DNA of 64,000 nt from assembly GCA_973851085.1 (NCBI GenBank), contig OZ316776.1, positions 15,996,001 to 16,060,000 of the forward strand. Direction: 5' to 3'. Every line of letters begins with the position of its first letter. Within the stretch, counting starts at the first letter, position 1. The translations under genes and the position numbers were made by a program. A model generated the notes under the pieces. The model worked only from the letters and a program-made list of their open reading frames with translations. It did not search any database and had not been told where the DNA came from. This stretch comes from Ptychomitrium polyphyllum. Taxonomy: Eukaryota. Below, piece by piece: positions 22,332-42,278 of this stretch.

Positions 22332-24704
22332 TGTTGTTGTAAAAGACTCTTGCTTTGAGAAAGCACTAGGCCTCTGGCTGCTACTAATCACTTAACAAAT
22401 TGACAAGATGATATTTACTTAGTCATTCAAGTGAAAGAGTTCTTTAATCAGGCTTCGTAAACTTTATAAAGATCACAACCCCAACCCAAACCATAACTAC
22501 ATACTGCCATCATAAATCCGCATACAATTTTGTTCATATTTCCTATTATAAAGAGTTTAATGAACCTCATATTTTAAAACTATATTTCTAAGGCATCTGT
22601 AAAACTATGGTAAAAATTTCATAACAATAGCTGCTATAAGCATTGAGAACCATGCTTTTAAAGTTCTCACTTTCCACCACCACAGCTCGTGGACCCCCTC
22701 TACTTTACTACTTCATAACTTTTCTTCCATACTAAATCTAGATTTCAAAATTTACACACATATTACTCATCTTACAATTAACACTACCCCAAATTGTTAA
22801 CTTCAGAGATTCCTTCAATCCTCTCTTATGGCCCAAAAAGTACAACTCCAACTCTACTCCATACAATTCTCAAAGCTCCAACTTCAACTTTTCTATTATC
22901 TTCCGTTATACAAGCCTTCTTTCCTCCAAATTTCTACAATATCATTTTGAAGTATTTAGAATACTACATCTCAAATCTCATTACCATTTTCTACACAAAA
23001 AAAAACTTATATTCATTGAAGATTCTAACATAATATGGCAAGGCATATATGCACGCCTAAACAAGCATCTACATCTATTAAATAATGCATACCAAGCATA
23101 ATATAATCAAATTTAACAATGGATAAACATTCAATTAAATTAAAAATGCTTGCAAAGAGGTTGGTCCTTACTTTAAGCTGCATTCCAAATCTTCACGTTC
23201 TCCTTCTTCATGTTTTATGAATTTTCATTTTTTGGTATAGTTTTTCATTGCCTTCTATTCCAATCCTAAACACCAAAGAACACTGTTCCAACAAACGCAC
23301 CAAAATGTGAGCCACATGAACCTCCTCTAGTAAAAGAAATATTAATTCACACAATCCTACTTCTGGATGCAATTACTTATATTGCCTTCTAGTTCAATCA
23401 AAAATTGCCTAGTTAAATCTAACTTCTTAATTGGATAAAATACTCCATATTTAGTCTAACATTCATGTTGTAGCATCAATTATAATGTAATTTAATAGCA
23501 TATGGCCAACTAATTCTTAAATTACCTACTAATTATCTAGCCAAGGTCTTTCCAATCTCAACCTTCAAGTAACCGCTTCAATTCTAAGGAGTAGCAGACC
23601 CTCTGGTACTAAACTAATCGCCGCCACCATCTCCGTGGTTTAAATCTCTAGATCTTAGATTTTCTAAAAACTAAACTTCAAGTTGTTTCAGCATAATTGA
23701 TTTTTGTAGCAATTGGACTTGTGATCACCAAGATGTGCCTTGCCAAAGTTGGACTTACAAGACTGCCCAATTGAAGGACCCTTTCATTTCAAATGGCCGC
23801 CATTTCTTCTATGCTTCTCAAAATTGAGCGTTCTCTAGCTTGTTGAAAAGCTTATAACTCCTTCTATCAACCCTTCAAATTCTAGTTCCTACGCTTGCAC
23901 AATGTAGAATTGACGGCCCAAAATCCGAGCCCTAATTGTTGCCCTTTTCTTGCTAAACTAATGGAGTGCTCCCAACTAAAATTTGCTTAAAAAGAACCCC
24001 CCTTCTTATTTCTTTATTTCCCCTTTTATAGGGAGCCTTACTACCCTACTCCATTTCCATTGGCTGCCGAAATTCCTAAGCCACTTGACCCTAATCCATA
24101 CTTTGACTTTTCCCTAAATATAGCTGCTAATCTAAATTTAGCCCCTGATCTACATTTAGCTAATTTTCTAGATTTCAGCTATTAAAATAAATATAGCTAA
24201 TGTTCTAAATTTAGTCACTATTCTAAATTTACCTATATCCCTAGATTTTAGCTATTATCCTTAATTTAGCTAATATTTTAATTTTAGATATTCTAGATTT
24301 TGGAAGCTGTTATAAATTTAATTGTTGTTCTAATTTTGGATGATTTTTAGATTTCAGCAGCTAGTCTAAATTTAAATATTGTTTTATTTTTAGCTATGAG
24401 CCTAAATTTAGCTACTGTTTCTAAGCTTCAGCTGCTATTTTAATTTTAGCTACTATTATAATCAGTAGTAACCTCTTACATAATTACCTCACTTCCTACT
24501 TGTCTAATTTTGGAAACTTGTTCCTCTTTCCCTAATTCTCTCTATTTATTGGACTTAACCATCATAGGCCATGAACATCTGCCCAAATTACATCAAAATC
24601 TCTTTAAAGATCAACTACACCTTTAATTTGGTGCTTTGGCCCTAATTAGGCCGAATTCTATCTACAAATATTATTTTTTAGCAATTTTTAAGAAAAAACA
24701 CTAT
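22332..24704. mobile_element. Probable LTR-like fragment distantly related to the 12778-14312 insertion
   Basis: 22430-22800 aligns loosely by eye with 12850-13200; starts TGTTGT right where the gag fragment stops; degenerate AATTTAGCTA repeats at 24120-24460. Right end uncertain. Confidence 0.4.
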
Positions 24705-25309
24705 AATGTGCCAATTTCATAGCTCACACTTGGTGTCATTTGATCAATGTAGAAGAGTAATCACAGAGTTTGTGTTGGAGTCTATGTATAATCGGTGTCT
24801 TAATTGAGTGTTTGGAAGCTTAATTGATGTTGCAACTAGAAAATTTGAAGGTGGTCGACTAGACAAGAGGACCCATATTAGAATTACATGACAATTGGAA
24901 GTCTTATTAAGAATTGTAAGCAAATTAGTCACCAAACAATGAAAAATGAAGCACCCACAAGAAGTTATCAATTGATAATTAAATAATTCCATAGGATAAA
25001 TTGAACACTTCTAGTGAGCTACCAAAATTAAAGTGCTTATTAGGCTCACATTTGGTGACCACTAGTCATGGTAGTTGCTAGCCACTTAGTTATATAAGAT
25101 AATTGAAGCTAAACATCTCTAGTTATGCTACCAAAAATAGCAACCATTAAATTTTTTCACTAAAAATTAAATAGGCTAGAAATCCATCACAAATACTACA
25201 AAACGCTTAACACACATCAATATAAAAAGAAATATGTGAGCTAGGGATCGTTTCAATTAGCGAGACGGTATTTTAGTTCACATTTTGGTGCGTCTATCCT
25301 TGTTGTAGA

Positions 25310-26616
25310 CTTTGAATTCTTGTTTTAGCCACCTACTTTCATTCAGTGTCTCCAAAGGTAGATGTTAGTGCTTCTATAAAAGCATCTAAGTTATTCAATA
25401 ATGGTGGCCGCTTCTTCATTAATGGTGCAAACCATGATAATGCATTGTTTGATAAAAGAGTGGCTACAAATTCCACTTGAGTAGTGCCATCAAGATAGCA
25501 AGTTTGATGCAAACCAAGGAAGAGCTTTACTTGTTAAACAAAGCCTTTCAACTTTGATCTTGATCTATCAAACTTGTCTGGCATATTAGCCTTTGGCTCT
25601 GCATGGTTTTGACGTAAGCCTTTTTTTCCAATATTGGCATCTTGCAATCAAACAACCTCATGATATAGATTTTAAATATTGCCATTAAATTCTTCAGCTT
25701 GCCGAGTATACTGCTCTAAGTTGTTGGTGGTGTTGAAGTGAGCGAGTTCCGTTTGAATTGTGTTTAAGAACTCTTAAAGGTCTGCAATAGTTGCAAACCT
25801 ATTATCTGATGTTCCAAGCACGTTATTCATTACTTAAGACTGTCAAAGATAAGAAGACTATGAATACCTTTAAAGGAAGATAATCCACATCTTTTAAAAG
25901 ATTGATCCTTCTTCAAGAAAAATAGTAATTGTTTTTAGAAGAAGAAACCAACTTATGGTGTCAGCTTAAAGGAAGGTAATCTGCAACCTCTAAGACACTA
26001 TGGGATCCTAAAGAAGATGAGTAATCCATTATTTTCTTCAAAGAATTTAAGCTTTGGCAAAGATGAAAAGTAATCTTGCAAAACTACTAGGGACACAAGA
26101 AACAAAAAGCAGAAACAAAGTATTTTCTAAGAATTAGCTTCCAAATAACTAATGATTAACAAGAACTTGATACAAAAACTAGAACAAGGCAGGATACAAG
26201 ATGATCCACAATTTGTGTTGGCAAAACTAAGGAATACCTTGTTTTGCCTCCTATTTATACTATGACGCTTGTATCTCTTAGGATACTTCTAGAAAAACTT
26301 CCTATGAGGCTTAAGAATGTTCTAGAAGTCTATAAAACCTTCCCCGAAAGTTTCTTAAAGAGCTAGAACCTTCTTAGGAAATTTCTTGAGGCAGTGAAAC
26401 TTTCTTAGGAAGTTTTTTGAGGTGGTGAAACTTTCCTAGGAAGTTTCCTAAGATGATGGAACCTTCCTAGGAAATTTCTTGAGATTGTGGAACTTTCTTA
26501 GGAAATTTTTTTAAAAAGTAAAAATGGCTATGGAGACATTTGAAAGTATTCTAAGGAACTACTATAAGATACTAGAAGGTTCTAAAGACTATGTTGCATG
26601 ATCTATGTCCGTGACA
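25310..26616 (-). mobile_element. Inverted truncated gypsy copy D (5' LTR, leader and partial gag)
   Basis: Reverse-complement match to about 15014-16340; LTR 26085-26616 directly abuts the 3' region of copy B. Confidence 0.9.
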
Positions 26617-27202
26617 GGAGAGATATCCAAACTTCCAATTGTATGCAACATTATTTCTAAGACAGATCATCTTTAGATCCTAGTTAATATGTCAAATCTT
26701 TGTGTTATCATGGATATGCGTGAAGAGTAATCGCCCGTGCCTTCTTCAAAAGCAACACCTATTGAACCAACTCAACTTTCTCAACCTTCAATACCGAAGG
26801 ATTTAAGCCAAAATATGAGAGAGACATTCCAACGTTGAGTGCAACCTTATGCAAAAGTGTTGGCCAATCATCCTTCACATTCTACTCTTGATTCAAATGC
26901 TCGAGCTCTAGTCATCTTGTTAGAAGTTGGAAGAGTCACTTCTAGAAGACCAGAGATCCTATTTGAAGGATGTTTTGAAGGACTTAATCAAGATCAAATC
27001 TTGGACTGAGACATTTCAACAACAGAAGACTTGGCTGGTGGTCATCGATGCTTCTTGCAAGGACCAATTGAACCAATGGGCAAAAAACAACAAGTTGAAT
27101 ATGTTGCTTCTTTTTTGCAAAAAAAATTGGAATTTGTAGAGATGTAATAAGCAAGCTATAAGAAGAGCTCCTCATGGAACTCGTAGTTAAAGGAGGAGGT
27201 GA

Positions 27203-27803
27203 TGTCACAAACATAGATCATACAACATAGTCTTTTAGAATCTTCTAGAGCCTTCTAGTGTATTATAGTAGCTTCTTAGAATACTTTCAATGTTTCCATA
27301 GCCGCTTCCACGCCCTTGGAAAACTTCATGGGAAAATTCTACTTCTTCAAAAAAATTCCTAAGAAGCTTCTACCTCTTTGGAAAACTTTCTAAGAAGGTT
27401 CTACCACCTTAGGAAACTTCTAAAGAAGGTCCCAGTCCCTTTGAAGCTTCTTAGGAAGATTCCACCATCTTAGAAAACTTCCAAGGAAGGTTCCAATTCC
27501 ATAGAAGCTTTTTAGGAAGGTTCCACCATTTTGGAAAACTTTTGAAGAAGGTTCCATAGACTTCTAGAACATTCTTAAGCTTTGTAAAAAGCTTCTTTAG
27601 AAGTATCCTAGGAGATACAAGCGTCATATTATAAATAGGAAATAAGACAAGGTATTCCTTAGTCTTGCTAACATAAATTGTACATCATCTTGTATCCTGC
27701 CTTGCTCTAGTCTTTATATTAGTTTTTGTTAATCATTAGTTCTTTGGAAGTTAATTCTTTGGACATACTTTATTTTTGTTTCATGTTTCTTATGTTCCTA
27801 ATA
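27203..27803 (+). repeat. 3' LTR of copy B
   Basis: TGTCACAAACATAGATC...CCTAATA after the purine tract AAAGGAGGAGGTGA; homologous to the LTRs of element C. Confidence 0.88.
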
Positions 27804-28354
27804 ATAATGACCATCAAATTAAGATCTCTTACTTTCTCCAACTTCTACTTCTTGTTTTAAACTTCCTATTGAAATCAAATTATTAAATGTTGAAACATTT
27901 AGTGAAGCTCTTTTGCATGTCTAGTGGCACACATATACAATGCATATGCATTGGCTCTTAAAAGTCACTAAGCATAATTGTAAATTTTGAAAAATCATAA
28001 GCAATAGAATATTAATCCTTTTATCAAACTTTAAATTGGATAATAAGTCCAATCATATCAACCATCATTTGTTTAGATTTCAATTTGAAGATTGTAACAA
28101 TTAGAGAAAAATTATATTTTAGATGATCTAAGGTCTTCTAATTTAGTTTTGATCTAATTTAATATTGATTTATTTGATGTTTTTGTTTGTCACCTTCAAG
28201 TGCAAGATAAAATTCTTAATGTCAAGGTTCTTCTTCTCGCCTTTAATTATGAGTATGACATTTAGACTTGCATTTGTAAAAGTTTTTTTTGCTCTTTAAG
28301 CAATTACCAAAAGTAAATAACATATTATAGCTTTATTACAGCATGGGCATGGCT

Positions 28355-28746
28355 ATTACAAAGACAGAAAACAAAATAATTAGTCTAAAAGTAGTTTCAA
28401 GAATTAACTTCCAATAAATGTTAGATAACAAGAATTGGTGCAAGAACTAGAAACAAAGGAATGCTATGGATATTACTTTACAATTTGTATTGGCAAGACT
28501 AAGATATCTTTTATATTTTTATTGTCTCTCTCATACACCATGAAAGCTATATTTTTAAAGATAGTTCTTAAAATGTTTCTTATAAATTTGTTGAATATTT
28601 TAGAAGTTTATGGAACTTTCTCAAGAAATTCTCAAAGAAGGTGGAAGGTTATGGAAGCTATTGGATGCAATCAAAAAATTCTTTGAAGATATTAAAAGCT
28701 ATTAGAAGGTCTTCAAAGAATAAATTGTATAATGTACGTTTGTAAT
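28355..28746 (-). repeat. Highly degenerate LTR of the same superfamily
   Basis: Patchy similarity to 26085-26616 (e.g. CAAGAATTAACTTCCAA, TTGTATTGGCAAGACTAAG). Confidence 0.55.
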
Positions 28747-31354
28747 ATTAGTACGTGAGAAGTATAAAAATTATTGAATATCTTTCAATTTATATGTATT
28801 TCATGTGGAGCCTTGAAAACAAGGGCGCTTAGTAAGCTTCATTCTTTTTAAAAAACAAGCTTATTTGAAAGCTATTCATGGCAATATATTTTGAAAATTC
28901 TAAACCTCATTTTATGCTTACATTATTGTTTTGGATAAAAAGTAAAACCAAAATGTTGAGTATTATGAAAAACCAAATTGTTGTTGAAGAATTCTAAATT
29001 ATGATCAATGTTTAGAACTAGATTAAATGTCATTGATCCTCTATTTTATAACATTTTGATTGATGGATTAAATTTTTATATTATCATAGTATTAAACTTT
29101 AAACGCACTATTAGAATGACATCTTTGCCTTTCAAAACGCGGATTGCTGTCAACTATGTATAGTAAAGTTAATATGTTTTGTTTTTTTCATTCATATTGA
29201 AACCAAAGCCAGTATCTCTCACTTTATTAATTTCTTTAGAATATGCTTTGCATTAACTAAAATTTACAAATAAAAAGAAATGAATCAATTTCGTTCATTT
29301 CATTCCAATGTAGTGTAAAGATTCTTAACTTTCATATAATTTTAGTTTTAATAACATAGAAATAATAATTCATTGCATGAATATTGTTGGAATTGTAATG
29401 ATTGCAGAATTTCTTGAATTCTAACCTTAAATATAGTACTTCATTTTGATGTTTTATATTAGAAATATATTGTGTGTATAATTCATTCCAATGCAAAATG
29501 AGTTTCTATTTTGATGAATAATTTCAAAGGTTTAGTTGAAATATTCAACATTTGATTATTATACATTTTTATGAAATCTTCATTGTGTAAACTTTGAAGC
29601 ATCAATCATGTCATTTTTTAATTAATTATGTTCCTATCTTATCTAATGTAAAGATAATTGTATACTTGATTTTAAATTCTTATAATTTGAAATGATTGAT
29701 CCATTAATAAAAAATGAATAACATAACAAGGTTTTAGATTAATCCATTATATTGTAAAACTATCATTGAACTAATGGCACTGATGATTAAAATCTAAAAA
29801 AATTTACATTAGAATAAAGTAATTTCTTAATATTTATAATGAAAAATTATGTATGTTATCATTCTAGTTTTGTATTTAGTCTTATTGAGTTTTTTGTATA
29901 TAACATTATGATTTTTAAAACTGATGGTTAATGGTTGTTTTATTTATAACAATTATGAGCTTTCATAAAAATTCCAAAAGGACTTTATAAAGGTGTATAA
30001 ATCTTTTATGAAGCAGTTTTCATGCTTTTATTTTATCCTATAGAAATTTCCATGCAATGATTGCTATAATTGCATTCATTATTGAATATTGCTTTTGGAA
30101 AGATATAAAAAATTTAGACTACAATTTATTTAAACTACAAATTTGTAATCCATAAGGTTTTGAAGTAAAATACAAAAATCCTTATATGATTTCAATAATT
30201 CTTATGGTTTATATTTCTATATGCCAATATTCTTTCTTCAATGTTTTCAAAAAAGAATCATCATATAATATTTGTATTTTAAAAACTATAAAATATGGTA
30301 CATTTTTAAATAATGAATAGTTCAATTTTTAAACCAATATGGTGCAACAAAAGCTCATATTGCAACTTATAGATTCTTTGCATGGTAACCAAGATTTTAT
30401 GCCTTAAATCTTATTTCTACTTATTTTTAAATTTCTATTTGAGTCCATATATTTATATTTACATATAATAATGAAGCATGTGTAGATCTAACAAATGTAT
30501 TCTGTCATATTGCATTGTACTCACTGATGCTTGCTGTATGGCTTTCCAACTGAAAACGAGTCAACCATGGACTCAACCTTGCTCATCATTTCGTTACTCA
30601 ACAACGGAATGTTCGACTGAACGAATGGGCTAATGAGCAACGGAATGGAATTCAATGAATAACTGGGCTACTGTTAACTAAATCCACCACTGATTCAGGT
30701 TCTGGTTGGCGTGAACATGGCTCATGAGTTTGGAATGAGGTGGACTGGATCGCAAACCCAATCAGGAGTGTGGTTGAATGAATCACCACGATGCCAATAC
30801 ATCCAGTGCCTGCAGGAAGTATCGCACTACCAAACCAGAATCGCATACTATTCATTCGCGGACTGGTGTTGGAAGCGGTGGGTCAGGAGATCTAATATGG
30901 TTGGCGTGCAACCGATGGAGTGGTCGCAGCCTCTACGGTAACCACCAGTCACAACTTCTTGCTTACTAAGCTGTGGAGCTCTGTTGCATCTCTAATTCAC
31001 AGCCTTGTCCTCCTCACTGTTTGCAGTCCAGTTAGATGAGCGTGCCTTGGACCTGGTGTCGTATGTGGTGTTCAGTCAACAACAACTAAGTCCAACTAGC
31101 AGAATATCTGGACTACACAGACCTTCCAACTGCAACTGGTCTCGGTAGCAGCTCTGAAAGAGAATGATACGCTAAGTTCTGAATATTTCTTGTATCATAG
31201 AGAGATTATCTCGAATTCCGTTCAATGCCTAGTTCACAATCGCCGTTTTCTCCTGGTGATTTCTAGAATTGGTACTGATGTTATTGGGAAATAACCGCCA
31301 TATCCTGCACATTTCGAACGGGGAAAGGATCCGGGAACCAGGGAGTGTACTTGA

Positions 31355-37464
<6,110 letters not shown>

Positions 37465-39846
37465 AAAATATCATTGTCCTTCCATGAAAGGGTCTATTTA
37501 TACAGTTAAAGAAGAAAAATCTTATACTGATTTTTTTGAAGTTCAATAAAATGTTTTTCTATTACTCTCATAATCAAAAACAGAACGTTGATAGATATGG
37601 AATGTCAATTAAAGAGTTGTCATAATTGCATTCATCATAACAAAGAATAACATATATGCTCTTAAAATTATTTATGGTAATTTGAATTTATTTGTGATAT
37701 GATTTGTTTTGTTGCATTCAAATTGTAAGGATTTAAGTTAATGATTCAAGAATCACTATTATAGCATAACAATTTGCAACTAAAATTTTAGTGTTTGCAC
37801 GACTATATATAAATGGAAATTATTAGTGGCTATAAGTTATATATGTATAATTTCAAAACTTCATGATTCCATGCTCACTTTGTCATTATTAATTTTTATT
37901 AGGAGCCATTATCCTTAAAGTTATATGAATACATTGTTATGTTATGAATACAATGAATACATTGTCATGACTATATTATAACAAAGTTTTGTTATGGTAG
38001 AAAGAAATTAACACAAGCTAGCCATTGATTTTTTAAATTTTTAATCAATGTTGCACAAGAAATTATATTTGCAATAAGAAATAAACTAAAGACAAATATT
38101 AAGGGCATAGGAAGCATATTGCTTGTAGAATTGGATGAAGAAGAAAGAAAGCTTGATAATAAAGCATGATGAAAATGGAAATGGATTGAAACATTTATGG
38201 TCTTGGATTGAAATTTGGATTGATATTTGAAACAAAGGCCAATGGAGCATTTCAAAAATGGAAACATTGGTCCTAAAGATAGAAAAACATTGGATTTGAA
38301 AATATAAAGAACATTACGTAGAGAAAGTTTAATGTTCTAATATTTTTTAAAGTCCCTACATGTAAAGGTAGTTTTTAGAAAAAAAGAGATGGTAGGAAGA
38401 AAAGAAAGGAAGATCAATAATCATTTATAAAGTTTTTTTTTATAATAATATCCTAATTATAAAATTACTATTTATTTCTTTATTTTCAATGCCTATTTTT
38501 GTTTATAAGTATTTATTAAAATTAATTAGTAGCACCTTTAATTTTAACCTCCTATTGTCCAAGCATTCAAATTACTATTTCACCCACAATAAATTATTCT
38601 TTTTTATCCATCACATTTTTTTTATAACATAGATTGAATGATCAACATCAAATAGTTTGGATTTTGCAATAATTTTATAGTATTATTTTACAAGCAATAA
38701 TTTCGAAGTAAGTTTCATTACAAATTGTAACCTTTTTGAGATTACAAATAATATTCTTGATAATGAATTGCAAAGAAATATTGAAATTTGTGTTTTTAAT
38801 AAATGCCTTTTAAATACTAGTGATAGAAAAAGTAATTCCAATTCTACAAATATAATTTATATACATTTTGATAATCTACAAAATTTCTCCTACCATGCCT
38901 ATCAAAATGAGCATGGATGTTAGGTTTTTAACATTTTCCAAAAGTATCAAATTTTAACAAACCTCAAGTAATAAGGAATTAAAATAAAATCATTTGTTGA
39001 ATGAAAATATGATCATTTTCACATACATCCAATTCATTTAAAAAGTTTGGTACCATAAGTAAATTTTAAATGTGCATCATATACATCTTCCAAAAGTTAT
39101 TATTGTATTCATATAAACATGCATATATTTATTAGACATTTTGATCTGATGTAAAAAATTTTCTTCCAATAATTTCTAAAATGCATTCAAAACTATCAAA
39201 GTAATAAAAAAATGGTTCACTATCTTTAATAGTTCATCTTACATATATCCAAGAAGATCCACAAATGCATCTATTTTTTGTATGAGTATTTTGTTTATCC
39301 AAATTAGTGGATTTTTTTTGCATGTTAATAATCATACGTAATTGTTGTAGCACATGTTTTACTTAGTTGAAAGTGAAGAGGTTTGTAAGTGCACCCGTGA
39401 AGAGATTTTAATTAAATGCATTATCAAAATTATTGTTAAATAGCCTACTACAACAAACCATCAATCTATGTCTATTATATAAGGAATAGATTCTCAAAGT
39501 TTTTAAAACTACTATTATGTTCATATTTAGTATATTGAGATAAAATGCGCATTTTAAGACTTCCATTTCTAATCTTGAGAGGTCCAAAATGTCATAAACT
39601 GTAACTCTAAAATGTCTTAATGTAAAGAGTATGGTGTTTATTTACAAAAATTCCAAACGCTCAACCAGACAATCAACACACAAACTCCTACTGATGAAGC
39701 TCACTGGGTTAGTAACTCTTCGCAAGCATTCTAGCTTCACAATGGCTTAAGACTTTACAAGGAGCGCAAAAAGGTCTAGATGTAGTGGGGTGTGTAAACA
39801 ACTGAACCTTCAAAAACTTGCAGACAGTACGCTGTACAAAAATACT

Positions 39847-41200
39847 CTAGGGATCCAAAGATTTCGTCACTGTTTCCGGCAAGTGCACTCGTCGTCGGAT
39901 GATAGTGTTCGTAACTTGAAGAGTAGGCGTCATGACAAACGGGATGGCTTGAGACTTGTCGCTAGTCTCTTCGTGCCCGGGTTTGTGAGCGTTACCTGAT
40001 TCATCCTCAAAATGCTGGCAGGAGGGTCAAAGGAGAATGCTAGATGATGAAGCAACAAAACTGTCGTGGCGACGACCGAAAGTTGATGAGGTATTTCTAC
40101 GTCACCAGCAAACCTGATCGTGATCATCCCGGCTGATCTCATGTTTCTCCGTATACAGGGTATGAAGGGCATGAAGTATTACACTAGAGAGAAAGCACTT
40201 TGGTATCTATGAACACAAAAACTTGCGAATCTTGCAAAACTCCATGATCACGTCCGAAGCACTCGTAGCTTTTAGTTGCAAGTAGCTTCGGTGGCCTTCT
40301 GCTGCATGAGTTTTGAGGTTCAGACGCTTGATCGGGAGGATGCGATCTATACGATTCAAATCGTTAACAAGAAAAGGAATGACATCAAGGATTTGAAACA
40401 TCCTGTTGCAGTTCGGAGCCTCCGAGCATGTTTCGTTTGAACAGGCCTTTCAAGGTTCAACAGCTACTTCTGGCCGATTGACGTGCGGAAAGTGCGCTGC
40501 AAGGCTTGTGATGTACGTTGGTAGCCCTTCTCAGTGGAGGCAGCTCTTAGAGGGTGGCTGATATTCCACCAAAGTTTTCCCCAGTTGTATGGTGGCCATA
40601 TAAACCCTGTGATAAGCAACTTCTTGCAGAATGCTCGGGTTTGCCGAGTCAGTTGTATAAAAGCCCCTATTCAGAAACTCTTTGTGCAACCTCCAGCTTC
40701 TGGTATCTGGGCATCAGCTGGTTCCTCTCCAAATTCATATCCTCCAGAGCTAGTTTTTCCTCTCCTTGCTATTCGTCTTCAACCGTTGCGCTTGATTATT
40801 TCTCGTTTTTGTGGCTTCTGCCTACGAAGACGGTCATCATTGACTGATTTGATTTTTACTGCATGCATGTCTGCGGCTTTGGCATCTTGAGACGCATTCA
40901 GTTTCCCAACCAGGACTATCTCTTTAGTCCTCTTCACAGCTTTTCTCCACAATCCTGTATGTCCATCTAAGAAGTGGTCCGAGTGGTCTAAATGCTCTTT
41001 GGAAACCGCCTCCAAACGGCCATCGAGCTCCTGCATCTTGCTTTCGGATAAAAATTCAACATCCGCCTACCTTCTGCGCACATTCATCCACCTATTGAGC
41101 TATCCCTTCTTGATGTACTTCCACAAACCCAGTCCACTCCAAAGATGTAACTCCCGTGACCAGCTCCGGTTGATTGTTTTCCACTTGTGAAGCAATCTGG
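39847..41200 (-). pseudogene. Decayed paralogue of the GIL1/IRKI-type gene at 436-1857
   Basis: Colinear fragments in shifting frames with stops: LERNQLMPRYQKL (vs TERSQLMTEFLKL), ANPSILQEVA (vs ANPRMLQDFA), LLHHLAFSFDPPASILRM, VMTPTLQVTNTIIRRRV (vs MIRPAFRVRKTIIRSRV). 5' limit approximate. Confidence 0.8.
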
Positions 41201-41984
41201 CTGGGAGCAGCAACATCGATGGGCTTTTCGAAACTTGCCTTCAGATCAAACCATCAAAGGGAAAGATACAAGAGTGTTCTACCCATATTATAGGATAAAG
41301 ATCTTGGGAAATTGATTACCTAGAACAAAGATCAAGCTGACTGGCAATCCAATTAGTGAGCAACTCACAAAACCTTCCTTCTGTTGCAGCTTTCCTCTTA
41401 AATATGAGCTGGCTTACGCAAAGTTGATGTACCTCTCTTGATCTTTCTGAGAATTTAGAGCACATGCATTCACAGCATGAGAGAGGAGGAAATTGCCGAC
41501 ATTCGGTTGTACCTCATTTGCGTTGACGAGGATGGCGGTGTCATACGCCATATCCACGATTTTGCCCTTCTCGCAACTAGATTGAGCCAGTGTGATTTCC
41601 TGTGGCGAGAGTCGTCTTTGTCAACATGCGGCGTCCATCGACGAAATCAAGAGCATCGCCCCTCGCTTTTCTCTTCCCCTGTGACACGCCAATGTGTTTC
41701 ATCATAATGTTATAAATGCTTACCTACGGCTCCATCAGGAAGCTGCTTCAAGAAAGAAAAGAGTTTTCTTCAAAGCAAGATGATTCAAAACACTGAGGCT
41801 TAGTCCAAGTATTGAAAAAGTACGAGTATGGGAATGTACTCATTAACAAGGAATGAAATAACACATGAGGTTCCTTAAGTTTACTCCTCTATTTCCCAGC
41901 ACTTGTAAGCCCTACCAGAATGAGCATTGATAGAGATTTAGAACCAGCTAGCTAACAGGTCAATACATGAACTTCATTGGTCAC

Positions 41985-42278
41985 CTTAACAAGCTTTGGA
42001 GTGACGCAACTTGACTGGACCTTGGGGTTGGCGATGTCACACCCTGCATCAATAGTGGATGCATCTTGGGAACAAGGCAGCGGCGCCACCGGCGGCGTGT
42101 ACTCCATGTCACCTGCATCATCGGACTTAGTTTCCGTCATGAGAGAAAGCTCTCCATCAGAGCTCTTCCGCAACGTGAGTTTATCAGGCCACCGGTCTTT
42201 ACTACAACCTGCGCCATTGCTTCTGCTTCCCTTCTTCCCACGAGACAATCGTCCTCCTCTCGGCGCTATCACGTCCAC
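41985..42278 (-). other. Possible coding exon, perhaps the 5' part of the adjacent pseudogene
   Basis: GC-rich, ATG-initiated, disorder-like ORF ending at AAG|GTGACC, same strand and upstream of the pseudogene; no recognised domain. Confidence 0.3.

Larger units (their letters stand above)
14978..27803 (+). mobile_element. Gypsy copy B (remnant ends only) inserted at the gag-pol junction of A
   Basis: First 36 nt of an LTR at 14978-15013; 3' region 26617-27202, purine tract, and 3' LTR 27203-27803. Flanks GTAAT/ATAAT are a 4/5 target-site duplication, and A is colinear across them. Confidence 0.7.
11818..27920 (+). mobile_element. Oldest, degraded gypsy chromovirus copy (element A), split by nested insertions
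   Basis: 5' LTR 11818-12188 (TGTCACGGAC...), leader and gag start to 12777, gag remainder 14313-14977, pol start resuming at 27804-27920. All parts are homologous to the element at 15014-21635. Confidence 0.75.
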
